Made by a program: the position numbers and the translations under genes. Shown piece by piece: positions 18,925 through 29,482 of a stretch of DNA of 64,000 bases. Numbering within the stretch: the first letter of the stretch is position 1; every line of letters begins with the position of its first letter. The notes beneath the pieces were generated by a model. The model searched no databases, was not told the origin of the DNA, and worked only from the letters and a program-made list of their open reading frames with translations. The DNA comes from a virus (Duplodnaviria; Caudoviricetes), in the IMG/VR virus record IMGVR_UViG_3300001528_000699, positions 1 to 64,000 of that record; one strand, 5' to 3'.

Positions 18925-19497
18925 ATGAGCAAGATAGTGAGAATGGAGATGATTACCTCCTGGAAAAGAGCTTTAAACGCCGCCAGGAGGACTGTTGGAA
19001 AGGAACCGGTCAATAAAGATCCTTCTGATTCATGGAAAGCGAAAATGTTGCTAGCCGAGCATAGCCCCATTCGATTAGTTGAATTCGAGTGGACATGGCG
19101 GGATATAAAGCAATGGATCACGGTTCACTTGGTTCGCCATCATGAAGGATGCGAGAAGTTCGTTCATTCCCAGAGAGAAGATAGAAGTGATTTGAACGTA
19201 TCTCGTGATGAGTTGAAGCAAGGCTCGCTCAACGACATGGACATGATGGCTAACGCTCAAGCGTTGATAAACATATCGAAGGTTCGTCTCTGCATGAAGG
19301 CATCGAAGGAAACGAGAAGGGCGTGGCGGCAAGTTATAGACGCGGTGAGAGAGATAGATCCCGTCATGGCGGATAAATGTGTTCCTTCATGCGTTTATAG
19401 GGGGTTTTGCCCGGAAATGAACGGATGTGGATACGATAAGACAGAAGAATTTAAGGAAAGATTAAAACGATATAGAAGCACGGATTATGACAACTAG
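18925..19497 (+). CDS. thyX: Flavin-dependent thymidylate synthase
   Basis: EHSPI, HLVRHH...SQR, NAQALINISKVRLC, CVYRGFCPE. Confidence 0.8.
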   Translation: MSKIVRMEMITSWKRALNAARRTVGKEPVNKDPSDSWKAKMLLAEHSPIRLVEFEWTWRDIKQWITVHLVRHHEGCEKFVHSQREDRSDLNVSRDELKQGSLNDMDMMANAQALINISKVRLCMKASKETRRAWRQVIDAVREIDPVMADKCVPSCVYRGFCPEMNGCGYDKTEEFKERLKRYRSTDYDN

Positions 19498-21427
19498 AAT
19501 AGATTACTTGGTATCAACCATATTGGCAGCCAACAAGGATTATCGAAGCGGTAATTCTTTCATGAGTGACGAAGATTATGATAAACTCGTTGATGAATTG
19601 AAAGAAATTGACCCGGAAAACCCTTTATTCAAAAAATCGGTTATCGAGGATGTTAAGGGTAAAAATAGGGTGGAAACGTTACCGCTCCCTATGTTCAGTT
19701 TGGAAAAGGCAAAGAGCTGGGATGTGATAGAAGGTTGGTTGGGACAATTCAGTGATGACACTGTTATCGTTCTTACCCCTAAATATGACGGCATATCTTT
19801 ATTAACCGAAACTGATTTGAACGGTAAAGCATGGACGAGAGGTGATGGAAACGAAGGTCAAGAAAGTTCAAACAGATTTAGGTTGATGTCATTTAATAGA
19901 TCGGGGATGGAGGGGTTGAAAGATGAAGGTGCTCGCTATTGCTGGGGTGAGGCGATAATGAGAAAAGACGCGTTTGAATCATATCTTCAATCAGGAGAGT
20001 ATAAAACGGCTAGAAACATGGTGGCAGGTCAGTTTAACGCCGATGAATGGAAACCCGGTATCGTTACCAAAATTGATTACGTTGTTTACGGGTGCGATCT
20101 GCCATGCAGCAAGTTACGGCAAGTTAAATTACTGTCAACCATCGGCGGCGTTAGATGGGACGCGAAAACGGTGAAAGAGATATTATCAGATAAAAATATC
20201 TTTCACGGATTATATAATATTTGGAGCAATCGTTACAATATAGACGGGATTGTGATGGATGTTGATGATTATTCGCTGAGAGAGAAACTCGGAAGGCTAC
20301 CGAACGGGAATCCCCGGTACGCGATAGCGGTTAAGTTCCCGGAATGGAATGATAGCAAGTTAACGAAAGTTACGGGTATAACGTGGAAGGTTAGCAAGGA
20401 TGGTTTATCAAAACCGGTAATTAACATAGAACCGGTCGAGTTAAGCGGGGCGACAGTTATCAACGTTACAGGTCATAACGCGGGTTATATCGTCGACAAT
20501 TCTATCTGTCCAAATGCCATGATACGGGTTAGAAGGTCTGGCGACGTGATTCCGAAACACGATGAAACGGAATCGTTCGTGGTAAGTGATTTCGAGAGAA
20601 CGTGCGATGATATGATAATTTGCCCTAGTTGTGGAAATCCTTTGGTTTGGGATAAGAATATGGTTGAATTAGTTTGTACTAACGATGACTGCGAGCAAAA
20701 AATCGTCGCGAGAAACTTGTTTTTCTTCACAACGATGGGTATCGAAGAGGTGGGTGAACCTACCATCAAGAAATTATATGATAAAGGTTATAAAACGATC
20801 AACGATATATTGACGATAAAGAAAGATGATTGGTGTTCGATTGATGGGTTTGGGGAAATGAGTTACGATAACGTGTTTTCACAAATTAAAAAGATGGAAG
20901 GGACCGAAATTCCTGTGGCGAGATTACTGACCGCTTGTAACGTTTTTCACGGTGCTTTCGGTGAGAAAACTTGTCAAATAATCTTTGATAACATAACAGT
21001 AGATGAGTACAGGTCAATGATATTGTTTCGCTCGTTTGATCGTGAGGAGATGGTGAATAAATTAAGCGGGATTAAATATATCGGTGAAACAACCGCCAGA
21101 ATTTTCATTGATAGTTTAGTTGAGTGTGATCGGCGTTCGATTCCATTTGACTTATTCGTTACTTATTTCAAAAAGGAGGTAAAGCAAGCGGAAGGGAAAT
21201 CGTTGTCAATTTGTTTTTCGGGGGTTCGTGACAAGGAATTGGAGGAAGAGTTAGCAGAAAGATGTCATAAAGTTGTATCCGGAGTTAGCAAGAACATTGA
21301 CCTTCTAATCGTGAAAGACGTGAACGGGAACTCATCTAAGATAGCTAAAGCGAGAGAGCTCGGAATACCTATCATTTCGATAGATGATAGAGAAGCGATT
21401 TGGTCTAAAATCAGCGAGTTGGAATGA
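19487..21427 (+). CDS. ligA: NAD-dependent DNA ligase
   Basis: KYDG, TRGDG, DGIV, RSGDVIP, Zn finger, HhH, BRCT. Confidence 0.95.
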   Translation: MTTRIDYLVSTILAANKDYRSGNSFMSDEDYDKLVDELKEIDPENPLFKKSVIEDVKGKNRVETLPLPMFSLEKAKSWDVIEGWLGQFSDDTVIVLTPKYDGISLLTETDLNGKAWTRGDGNEGQESSNRFRLMSFNRSGMEGLKDEGARYCWGEAIMRKDAFESYLQSGEYKTARNMVAGQFNADEWKPGIVTKIDYVVYGCDLPCSKLRQVKLLSTIGGVRWDAKTVKEILSDKNIFHGLYNIWSNRYNIDGIVMDVDDYSLREKLGRLPNGNPRYAIAVKFPEWNDSKLTKVTGITWKVSKDGLSKPVINIEPVELSGATVINVTGHNAGYIVDNSICPNAMIRVRRSGDVIPKHDETESFVVSDFERTCDDMIICPSCGNPLVWDKNMVELVCTNDDCEQKIVARNLFFFTTMGIEEVGEPTIKKLYDKGYKTINDILTIKKDDWCSIDGFGEMSYDNVFSQIKKMEGTEIPVARLLTACNVFHGAFGEKTCQIIFDNITVDEYRSMILFRSFDREEMVNKLSGIKYIGETTARIFIDSLVECDRRSIPFDLFVTYFKKEVKQAEGKSLSICFSGVRDKELEEELAERCHKVVSGVSKNIDLLIVKDVNGNSSKIAKARELGIPIISIDDREAIWSKISELE

Positions 21428-23115
21428 AATATTTTTACATAGAGAAAACATACATTTACGTCGGATTTAAATACGACCCATCTATCGTATCCCTTCTGAA
21501 GGAGATAGGTGGGTTCTTTTTCAATCCTCAAACAAAAGAGTGGTACAGGGAGATCTCTCTTGATAAAGGGAGTTTGATTGAAAAATTTCTTCGAGAAAAT
21601 GGGTTTGAAAATAAAAGACCTGAGCCGAGAATCGATAACCTTGAATTACCCGTTTACAAGGATGTGATTTCAATAGAGGATACAAAAACGCTGATAGAGG
21701 AACTCCACCTAAAACGAAAATTGAGGGATTATCAGGTAGAGTGCGTTCATTATCTTGCGAATCATGTCAATTCGATTAACGGTTGCTCTCCGGGTCTGGG
21801 AAAGACGGGGATCTCTGTGGTTTTAACTGAAATGCTCCAAATGTTTCCCTGCTTGGTTGTCACACCCGCTTCAGTGAAATACGGTTGGAGAGCTGAGTGG
21901 CAGAAATGGGTTGACCTTCGAAAGAGGAAAGTTCAGGTTATCGAAAGCAAGGATAAGTGGAAGCCGAATCAGGATGTTTATATCATAAACTACGATATAT
22001 TGTATAAGAAGGATAAAGAGAGTGGCGTTCAGGTTAGATTCCCTGAATTACTGGAAACAGAGTGGGAGGCTATGTTCTTGGATGAAGCGCATATGTGCAA
22101 GAACAGGAAGAGCTTGCGAAGCGAATGGGTGGCGAGAGTGGCGAAGAAATCCCAATTCGTCTATCCTTTAACGGGAACCTTGGTTATGAATAGGCCGTCC
22201 GAGTTGATAAATATATTGGAGATAACGGGGTGGTTCAAAGAATTATTTCATGATTGGCAATCCTTTGTTTACAGGTATTGTAACGCGAAACGAAGGTGTG
22301 TGAACGGCCAACTTTTCGGGTGGGATATATCATGTGCCAGTAACACGCTTGAGTTGAATAAGATTATATCGAACGCTTGTTATTTCAGAAAAGAGAAGAG
22401 AGAGGTTCTGACTGAGTTACCACCTATGATTGAGAACACCGTTCCCGTTCATATCAGCAACATGCGAGAGTATAAGAAAGCGGAGGATAGTTTGATAGAG
22501 TACTTGGAAAAGATTGATATCGAAAAAGCGGAAAAAGCGGAAAACGCCCCTCATCTGGTTAAATTGAGCACATTGAAAGATCTGTCCTTGAAGGGAAAGA
22601 TGAAGGATATTGAAGTCTTCCTTAATGAATGGAAGGAAATATCGGAGGAGAAACTTCTTGTGTTTGGCGTTAGGCGAGAACCTCTAAAAAAATTGGCGGA
22701 TAAATATGACAGCCCTCTTATTCAAGGTGGTATGTCATCGAAAGATAAATTCGGAACGGTTCAAGCGTTTAAAACAAGTTCGAAGCAATTTCTTTTCGCT
22801 AACATAGACGCGGTTGGAACCGGGGTGGATGGATTGCAGGAATGTTGCAGTAATTTAATGTATATAGAATTACCTGATAAATTTACCACGTTGGATCAGA
22901 CAAATTCCCGGCTGGAGCGAATGGGGCAGAAAAATACGATTAACGTGTTTTACCTTCTGTGTCCGGATACGATCGATGTTTATATGGCGGAGTTAGTCGA
23001 GGAAAAGAAAAAGGTTACTGACGCTATTAATAAAGGAGTTGACGTGGATGTTAGTGGCATGGATGTTAATTTCATGCTGATGAAAAAGTTAAGATCGGCG
23101 AAGAATAATAAGTGA
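21424..23115 (+). CDS. SNF2-family helicase
   Basis: LRDYQ, PGLGKT, LDEAH, LTGT, RLERMGQ. Confidence 0.9.
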   Translation: MKYFYIEKTYIYVGFKYDPSIVSLLKEIGGFFFNPQTKEWYREISLDKGSLIEKFLRENGFENKRPEPRIDNLELPVYKDVISIEDTKTLIEELHLKRKLRDYQVECVHYLANHVNSINGCSPGLGKTGISVVLTEMLQMFPCLVVTPASVKYGWRAEWQKWVDLRKRKVQVIESKDKWKPNQDVYIINYDILYKKDKESGVQVRFPELLETEWEAMFLDEAHMCKNRKSLRSEWVARVAKKSQFVYPLTGTLVMNRPSELINILEITGWFKELFHDWQSFVYRYCNAKRRCVNGQLFGWDISCASNTLELNKIISNACYFRKEKREVLTELPPMIENTVPVHISNMREYKKAEDSLIEYLEKIDIEKAEKAENAPHLVKLSTLKDLSLKGKMKDIEVFLNEWKEISEEKLLVFGVRREPLKKLADKYDSPLIQGGMSSKDKFGTVQAFKTSSKQFLFANIDAVGTGVDGLQECCSNLMYIELPDKFTTLDQTNSRLERMGQKNTINVFYLLCPDTIDVYMAELVEEKKKVTDAINKGVDVDVSGMDVNFMLMKKLRSAKNNK

Positions 23116-23129
23116 TTTCGTTTGTAAAA

Positions 23130-23165
23130 TGATAAACTTTGTGTATTTTTACGTCGTTGAAAATG
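23130..23165 (+). promoter_or_regulatory. Phage promoter (GATAAACTTTGTGTATTTTTAC)
   Basis: Variant of the repeated motif. Confidence 0.7.
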
Positions 23166-23174
23166 ATTGATAAT

Positions 23175-23351
23175 ATGAGGGTAGTTTATAGAATTTATTA
23201 TTTAACCATTGGTGGAAAGAAAAGAAGGGTTGGCGGGGATTTTGAATCGTTGGAAGCGGCTGAGTACAGGGTGGAAGAGATTCTTTCAACAACGGGATGG
23301 GAAACAGGAGAATACGTTATAAAGAAAATTTACGTTAAAGATAAAGATTAG
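23175..23351 (+). CDS. Hypothetical protein
   Basis: Small ORF after the promoter; start moved downstream of the promoter box. Confidence 0.55.
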   Translation: MRVVYRIYYLTIGGKKRRVGGDFESLEAAEYRVEEILSTTGWETGEYVIKKIYVKDKD

Positions 23352-23357
23352 AACGCT

Positions 23358-24848
23358 ATGAAACTGGATAGATACAAACAAGCTATTTCGGACGCGTATA
23401 TGAATTCGAACAGCAATATATTTGTTAACGCGAGTGCGGGTGCAGGTAAGACTTCATTGTTGCTTCATTTATTGGAAGTTACACCGTCATACAAGGATTG
23501 TTTATTCCTCGCTTTCAATAAAAGCATAGTCGAGGAGTTGGAATCGAGGTGCATGGGAAGGACTGAGGTGAAAACGATTCATAGCAAGGCATTTTCCACC
23601 CTTCTAAGTAATAAAAGGTGTAGATTCAAGTTATCAAAATGGAGGGATTACGCGCTTTGCAAGGAATACCTCGTTCCCGTTTGGAAAATGGTGGAGGATA
23701 AAAAGATAAATGCTAGGATAATGAACATATCTCGTCTTTATCAATTCGCTCGCATGAATCTTGTTGACGTGAATAACAGGGAGCAATTGGAAGAAATTTG
23801 CGATAGATGGGGTGTTGATTTTGATACCTCCTACTGGGAAGATTTGAAGAAGTTTGTCGAGGTTATTGACAAGAAAACGAACGGTTTGAGGGTGAATCAA
23901 TTGGATATAGATTTCACTGATCAACTTTACTTAACTTATAAATATGTTCGACCGGAATCGTACCCTAAATACGATGTTATATTCTGCGACGAGGCACAAG
24001 ATCTGAACCCGTTGCAGAGAGAATTAATCCTTCGAATGCTGAAGGAGAACGGGCGGTTGATAACGGTGGGTGACTTTTTTCAATCGGTGTATGGTTTTCA
24101 AGGTTGTTCGACTGATTCTTTTAAAGCGTTTCAGAATAGACCGAATACCATATCTTTGCCATTAAGTTTAACTTATCGATGCGCGAAGAATATAGTGGAA
24201 GAAGCGAAGAAATATTCTCCTGATATAGAGGCGTTACCTGACGCACCGGATGGCGAGGTAAGGTTCGGGACGCTGGATGAGGTTAAAAACGGGGATTACG
24301 TTATATGCCGGAATAACTTACCGCTAGTTGAAACGTTTATAAAGTTACTGCAAGCCGGGAAAAGGTCCGTTATTCTCGGAAAAGATTACGGTGAAGGGTT
24401 ACAATCCATTTTATCGAATATCAACTCGATTGTTGATCTGAAAAAGATGCTGGAGGAGAAAAGAAAAGAGCTCGAAGAACGGGGTATCAAGAATTTCCAG
24501 GCTAACGAGGGGTACATCGCTTTGGCAGAGAAAATTCAAATCATCATGATACTCGTTCAATCTTTCGGTGACGTGACCGCCGTTAAGAATCAGGTAAACG
24601 AGATATTCGGGGATAAATCGGATGATAAAATAATTCTTTCCACTATTCATAAAAGTAAAGGGCTGGAAGCCGAAAGGGTATTCATCCTAGGTTTTCACGA
24701 ATTGATACCAAGCAAGTACGCTAATACCGAGCTGGCGCTATACGGAGAGAAATGTCTTCAATTCGTGGCGGTGACAAGAGCGAAGAGATCATTAATATTC
24801 ATACCATATAAAGAAAGAAGCTATGAAGAAACCGAAGTTATACATTGA
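23358..24848 (+). CDS. UvrD/REP-family SF1 helicase
   Basis: ASAGAGKT, DEAQD, VGDFFQSVYGF, TYRC, STIHKSKGLE, VAVTRAK. Confidence 0.92.
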   Translation: MKLDRYKQAISDAYMNSNSNIFVNASAGAGKTSLLLHLLEVTPSYKDCLFLAFNKSIVEELESRCMGRTEVKTIHSKAFSTLLSNKRCRFKLSKWRDYALCKEYLVPVWKMVEDKKINARIMNISRLYQFARMNLVDVNNREQLEEICDRWGVDFDTSYWEDLKKFVEVIDKKTNGLRVNQLDIDFTDQLYLTYKYVRPESYPKYDVIFCDEAQDLNPLQRELILRMLKENGRLITVGDFFQSVYGFQGCSTDSFKAFQNRPNTISLPLSLTYRCAKNIVEEAKKYSPDIEALPDAPDGEVRFGTLDEVKNGDYVICRNNLPLVETFIKLLQAGKRSVILGKDYGEGLQSILSNINSIVDLKKMLEEKRKELEERGIKNFQANEGYIALAEKIQIIMILVQSFGDVTAVKNQVNEIFGDKSDDKIILSTIHKSKGLEAERVFILGFHELIPSKYANTELALYGEKCLQFVAVTRAKRSLIFIPYKERSYEETEVIH

Positions 24849-25155
24849 AACGGGAACGAAACACGCGATCACGATGGTTTGCGCTAATAAGATAGCGTGC
24901 CTGGAACCCTATTTACCCGATCTGAAGAAGATTCAAAATCACCTGATTTACGAGAGAAGGGCTTGCGAGTTGGATGAAAATAGAAGACCCAAACCCTTGA
25001 TTATCGTCCTGGAAAATAGTATCTTTAAATCTGTTTCGCGAGAGATATCACGGAAAGGAAGTTATTTTAACGTGTTGGATTGCATTGATTTAGTGGTCCA
25101 ATCGGGAAACCTCCCTCTCTGCCGTTTGATACCTCGCGAGGAAGAGGAGATATAA
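24823..25155 (+). CDS. Hypothetical protein
   Basis: ORF in operon. Confidence 0.55.
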   Translation: MKKPKLYIETGTKHAITMVCANKIACLEPYLPDLKKIQNHLIYERRACELDENRRPKPLIIVLENSIFKSVSREISRKGSYFNVLDCIDLVVQSGNLPLCRLIPREEEEI

Positions 25156-25174
25156 TTTTTTAAAATCAGGTTAT

Positions 25175-27514
25175 ATGAATGAAATGATTGATAGTAGAAA
25201 AGAGATCGGAGATTACATCTTCGTCAGCAAATACGCGAGGACCGTTAACGGTAGAAAAGAAACGTGGGATGAAAGCGTTGACCGGGTCATGGACATGCAC
25301 TACCGGCACCTGGCAAGTGATATGGCGATAAAGGCTGAGGATGAAAAAGAACTCGATTCTTATTTGAAATTCGCCGAAACGTTGTATCGTGAACAGGTAA
25401 TTCTCGGTGCTCAACGCGCTCTTCAATACGGTGGAGATTCCTTGCTGAAGAATCATTCCCGGAACTTCAATTGCACGGGATCGTACATTGATAGAATCGA
25501 GTTCTTCCAGGAATTGATGCACCTCCTTCTATGTGGCGCGGGTGCCGGTTACTCGGTTCAGAGAATACACACGGAGAAGCTACCTAAATTGAAAGGTTTA
25601 GATGAGAAGATGGACCCCGTTAACATCGTTATAGGTGATTCGATAGAGGGATGGGCGTTCGCCGTTGGAGAGGTTGTGAAATCCCATTACCTCGGTTTGC
25701 CCGCGATCAATTTCGATTACTCCCTTATAAGGCCGAAAGGTGCTTTCATAAGCGGTGGGTTCAAGGCGCCGGGACCCGATCCTTTAAAGAAATGTATCGA
25801 GAAATTGAACAAGGTGTTGAGAAAGATAAAAGGAAGGAAAGCGACCCCGTTCGAGTTGCACCGGATGGCTTGTATCATAGCCGATGCCGTTATCTCCGGT
25901 GGTATACGGAGATCTGCCCTTCTATGTCAGTTTGATGCTGATGACGAGGAAATGCTGAATTGTAAGACGGGGAATTGGTTCAGCGAGTACCCGGAACTGG
26001 CGAGAGCGAATAACAGCGCGGTGATCCTCCCTAACACGCCGAAAGAAACGTATGATAAGATATTTAAATCGATAAAAGAGTTCGGTGAACCCGGTTTGGT
26101 CTTCCTATCGCACAAGGACGTGGTATATAATCCGTGTTGCGAGGTGGGGATGTTTCCGAAATTCAAGAACAAGGATGGTGTTCACGAATCCGGGTTCTCT
26201 TTCTGTAACCTTACCGAGATAAACGGGGCGAAAATAAAAACGAGGGAGCAATTCCTTGATGCTTGCAAGGGTGCAGCTATTTTGGGTACGATTCAAGCGT
26301 CATACACTAATTTCAAGGTTCTATCTCCCGTTTCTCGAAAGATAGCTGAAAGGGATGCATTGATCGGTGTTGGCGTAACGGGTATGTGTGAGAACCCGGA
26401 AATACTGTTTGATCCTGAATTGCAGGATGAAGGCGCGAGGGTGGTGAAAGAAACGAATCAAAAGGTGGCGGATTTGATCGGCATAAATCACGCGGCTCGA
26501 ACCACCGTTATTAAACCGTCAGGTAACTCTTCCCAGCTACTTGGATGCACGAGTTCGGGTATTCATAAATTTCATTTCAAGAGGTTCATAAGAAACATAC
26601 AGGCAGCTAACACGGAACAAGCCTTACAACATATCAAAGAGGTAAACCCGGTGATGGTCAGACCTTCTGTTTACAACAAGGAAGGGGAGAGTGTCATATC
26701 ATTCCCGGTTGAACTGGAAAATAACGTGCTGACGAGCGAGGATTCATCCGCCCTTGATTTCCTGAAATTGGTGAAGCTAACGAAAGAGCATTGGATCGAG
26801 ACGGGAACCAATTTCGATCATCCCTTCTATAAAGAATACCCGGAGATGAAGGATCTTCGCATGAACGTTTCAAACACTTGCACGGTAAAAGACGATGAAT
26901 GGGACGGGGTAAGGGAGTACGTGTGGAAGAACAGGGATGTGTTTTCGGGGATCAGTTTCCTCCCTAAAGGAGGCGATCTTATTTACCCTCAAGCCCCATA
27001 TACTAGCGTTTTGAATGAAAAAGAGCTGGCGGAAAGGTATGGCGCGGGAGCGATACTCGCCGGAGGTTTGATTGTTGATGGTTTGGCCGTGTTCAACGAT
27101 GATCTGTGGCTGGCGTGTGATGTGGCGATGGGAAGAAATAACCACCATTTAACTTTAACCGACAAGGATATATCCGATTTCATCCTCTCTCACCTAAAAG
27201 ACGGAAAACTATTGGTTGAGGTGAACGGGGTTATGATCAGCGATGTTAACGCCATTTCATCTCATCTCCAATCCATCGTGGATAAGAAGGTGGATTGGGT
27301 GAGAAGATTCAAGAATTTCGCGATCAAGTACTTGGACGGAGATCTGGTAAAAACCGAATTTTGTCTCAAACACGTATCCCTGTTTCATCGCTGGCAGAAA
27401 TTGAAAGGCATGAAACATGTTGACTGGGAATCGGTTACTTGGAACGAGGAATGGGTGGATGCCGGGTCAACCGTCGCTCAAGCGTGTTCGGGTGGTATGT
27501 GCGAGCTAAAATGA
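25175..27514 (+). CDS. nrdJ: Class II (B12-dependent) ribonucleotide reductase
   Basis: FNCT, GGIRRSA, NPCCE, CNLTEIN, TTVIKPSGN, C-terminal ACSGGMCE; no nrdB in window. Confidence 0.85.
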   Translation: MNEMIDSRKEIGDYIFVSKYARTVNGRKETWDESVDRVMDMHYRHLASDMAIKAEDEKELDSYLKFAETLYREQVILGAQRALQYGGDSLLKNHSRNFNCTGSYIDRIEFFQELMHLLLCGAGAGYSVQRIHTEKLPKLKGLDEKMDPVNIVIGDSIEGWAFAVGEVVKSHYLGLPAINFDYSLIRPKGAFISGGFKAPGPDPLKKCIEKLNKVLRKIKGRKATPFELHRMACIIADAVISGGIRRSALLCQFDADDEEMLNCKTGNWFSEYPELARANNSAVILPNTPKETYDKIFKSIKEFGEPGLVFLSHKDVVYNPCCEVGMFPKFKNKDGVHESGFSFCNLTEINGAKIKTREQFLDACKGAAILGTIQASYTNFKVLSPVSRKIAERDALIGVGVTGMCENPEILFDPELQDEGARVVKETNQKVADLIGINHAARTTVIKPSGNSSQLLGCTSSGIHKFHFKRFIRNIQAANTEQALQHIKEVNPVMVRPSVYNKEGESVISFPVELENNVLTSEDSSALDFLKLVKLTKEHWIETGTNFDHPFYKEYPEMKDLRMNVSNTCTVKDDEWDGVREYVWKNRDVFSGISFLPKGGDLIYPQAPYTSVLNEKELAERYGAGAILAGGLIVDGLAVFNDDLWLACDVAMGRNNHHLTLTDKDISDFILSHLKDGKLLVEVNGVMISDVNAISSHLQSIVDKKVDWVRRFKNFAIKYLDGDLVKTEFCLKHVSLFHRWQKLKGMKHVDWESVTWNEEWVDAGSTVAQACSGGMCELK

Positions 27515-27557
27515 TGATTCTTTTGTTTTCATATATTGGGATTGTTTTCAACAAAGT

Positions 27558-27590
27558 AGGGTGGATCTTTCCACCCTCTTTTTTTATTTT
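27558..27590 (+). terminator. Intrinsic terminator
   Basis: AGGGTGGA/TCCACCCT plus T run. Confidence 0.75.
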
Positions 27591-27700
27591 CAGATTTTTA
27601 ACAAAACTTTTCTCCGTTTCTTTTTGTAGTTTGATAAACTTTGTGTATCTTTACAGTGTTGAAAATGATGTATAACTAAAAACAATAAGAGATATGAAAG
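27591..27700 (+). repeat. Promoter cassette repeat, copy 2
   Basis: 27631-27700 is identical to 34480-34549, including the ATGAAAG start. Confidence 0.9.
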
Positions 27701-28089
27701 GCTCAAGATTATATAACGACATTGATTTCTCACAACCGGTTGCAACACACATTTACGTTGAAGGTTTATCTCGTATTCAACTAGCAAACGAATCGTTAAA
27801 AGCGATGGCAAGAATCAATCAAGCTGAACAGGGATCGATACGGGATTCATACGAACTCGCATCATCCACGATGAGAGATCGTAGAACATTGATAGAAACG
27901 ATATATGAGGATGGGTACGTGATGTATAACGATGGCTGGTTTATTGTTGAATGCGATGAGAATGGAACTCTTTATGTTGACGTGACAGGTCTTGCGATGA
28001 AGAAATGCCCGGAATACAATGATATGAAATACTTTGTAAGCGAAGGGTTGGAACCTGAATGTAATGATTATGTTTACGCTAGAAGATAA
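27694..28089 (+). CDS. Early hypothetical protein; untagged paralog of the cargo domain of 50453..51031
   Basis: ATHI, ELASS, YNDGW.IVE, LYVDVTG.AM and SEGLE shared. Confidence 0.8.
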   Translation: MKGSRLYNDIDFSQPVATHIYVEGLSRIQLANESLKAMARINQAEQGSIRDSYELASSTMRDRRTLIETIYEDGYVMYNDGWFIVECDENGTLYVDVTGLAMKKCPEYNDMKYFVSEGLEPECNDYVYARR

Positions 28090-28100
28090 TAAGTAAGAAC

Positions 28101-28295
28101 ATGGAAATAAGAGATATTGGTAGCGGTACGGTGATCGGGTCCTTTCAACCCGATCTTAGAAGCGGTCGTGAAAAGAGAAGGGAAAGACGGAAGAAGGGAA
28201 AGACAAGAGAGATGGAGAAAGATCCTAGAATACGAGCAAATTTATTTGGTAGTTCAAACAAATCAAGAAGATCAGCAATATTAAAAAGAAAATAA
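28101..28295 (+). CDS. Small basic hypothetical protein
   Basis: R/K-rich ORF in operon. Confidence 0.5.
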   Translation: MEIRDIGSGTVIGSFQPDLRSGREKRRERRKKGKTREMEKDPRIRANLFGSSNKSRRSAILKRK

Positions 28296-28297
28296 TC

Positions 28298-28759
28298 ATG
28301 GAAACAAAAGACATTAATTTAGAAGAATACGAGATTTCAGAACAATCAGGGGAAGAAATTATTTTGAGAAAGAAGCAGCCCAAATATCCAAAGTGGGAAG
28401 AATTAAAAACTATAAAAGGATACTATATTCATGGGTCCACCTCTTCTATTGAAGAATATGAGTCATATAAACCGAATTGCTTCGATAGAAATATTTTCTT
28501 AACTGTAAAACATGCTAAATCAGCTCTAGCAATGGCACAGATTAGTCAGCTTATGCCCTATTATGGCGGTGAGATAACTGACGAAGAATGGAGAGATTTT
28601 AATATTACTAAAATGGTTATAATGAGAAAAGGTAATGCTGTTGCAAAAGAAATTTCATTTAGTATGCATGAATTTCTAGCATTTCACACAGAAGAACAAA
28701 GAGACGAGTTCTTGAAGAACAACGAACAACTAGTTAAGGACTATTTAATGATTGAATGA
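28298..28759 (+). CDS. Hypothetical protein
   Basis: ORF; AT-rich segment. Confidence 0.65.
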   Translation: METKDINLEEYEISEQSGEEIILRKKQPKYPKWEELKTIKGYYIHGSTSSIEEYESYKPNCFDRNIFLTVKHAKSALAMAQISQLMPYYGGEITDEEWRDFNITKMVIMRKGNAVAKEISFSMHEFLAFHTEEQRDEFLKNNEQLVKDYLMIE

Positions 28760-28760
28760 T

Positions 28761-28994
28761 ATGAGTAAAATTGTGGATTTAGAAAACGCAAAATTGTATA
28801 AAGTAACTACAACCACTAAAAGAAGGGACGGTTCTGTTATTTCTAATGTAGAAATTTATGTTTATGCACTTTCAATACCTGATGCCATGAAGTGGACTAA
28901 CATTAGCTTTGATGATGAGTGTTGTGAAATTAAAATTGAGGAAGTTGATGGTTTCATTGATTCCAAATTTTTTGTTAAAGAAAAAGCGTTATGA
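28761..28994 (+). CDS. Hypothetical protein
   Basis: ORF in operon. Confidence 0.55.
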   Translation: MSKIVDLENAKLYKVTTTTKRRDGSVISNVEIYVYALSIPDAMKWTNISFDDECCEIKIEEVDGFIDSKFFVKEKAL

Positions 28995-29431
28995 CTGTAT
29001 ATGATATAATAAAAGAATTGGGGATTAAAACATGTTGGTGTTCTGTTTATGGAGAAGTGCATGTTATTTGTCTGAAAGATATTAAATATATAGATTTATT
29101 GCTCAAAGAAAATGATGGGGTTGTGATGAGATTAGATGGGGATGGCAAACTTGACGATAAAGGAGAATGTTTAATATTTCCATCCAAGAATGATAGAGAT
29201 TGGGATAAGGCGTTGGAAGAAAAGAGAAATCAACTACTTTTTCCTTTCAATACACTAGTTATGGTATCTGATGGAGGACTTGATTGGCGGGCTAGATATT
29301 ATAAGAAGGGTAAACAATGCGGGCTTAAAAAAGAAAATAATGATTTATGTAGTTGGAACTACATAGTCCCAATTTCAAATTTTGATTTTAATGCTGATGA
29401 TTTGTCTATTAACATTAAAAACTCTATTTAG
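28991..29431 (+). CDS. Hypothetical protein
   Basis: ORF overlapping the previous stop (ATGA). Confidence 0.65.
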   Translation: MTVYDIIKELGIKTCWCSVYGEVHVICLKDIKYIDLLLKENDGVVMRLDGDGKLDDKGECLIFPSKNDRDWDKALEEKRNQLLFPFNTLVMVSDGGLDWRARYYKKGKQCGLKKENNDLCSWNYIVPISNFDFNADDLSINIKNSI

Positions 29432-29482
29432 GCCAAGAAGAATGGAATTGGAATTAGGATTAGGATTTTAATAAATAAAACT

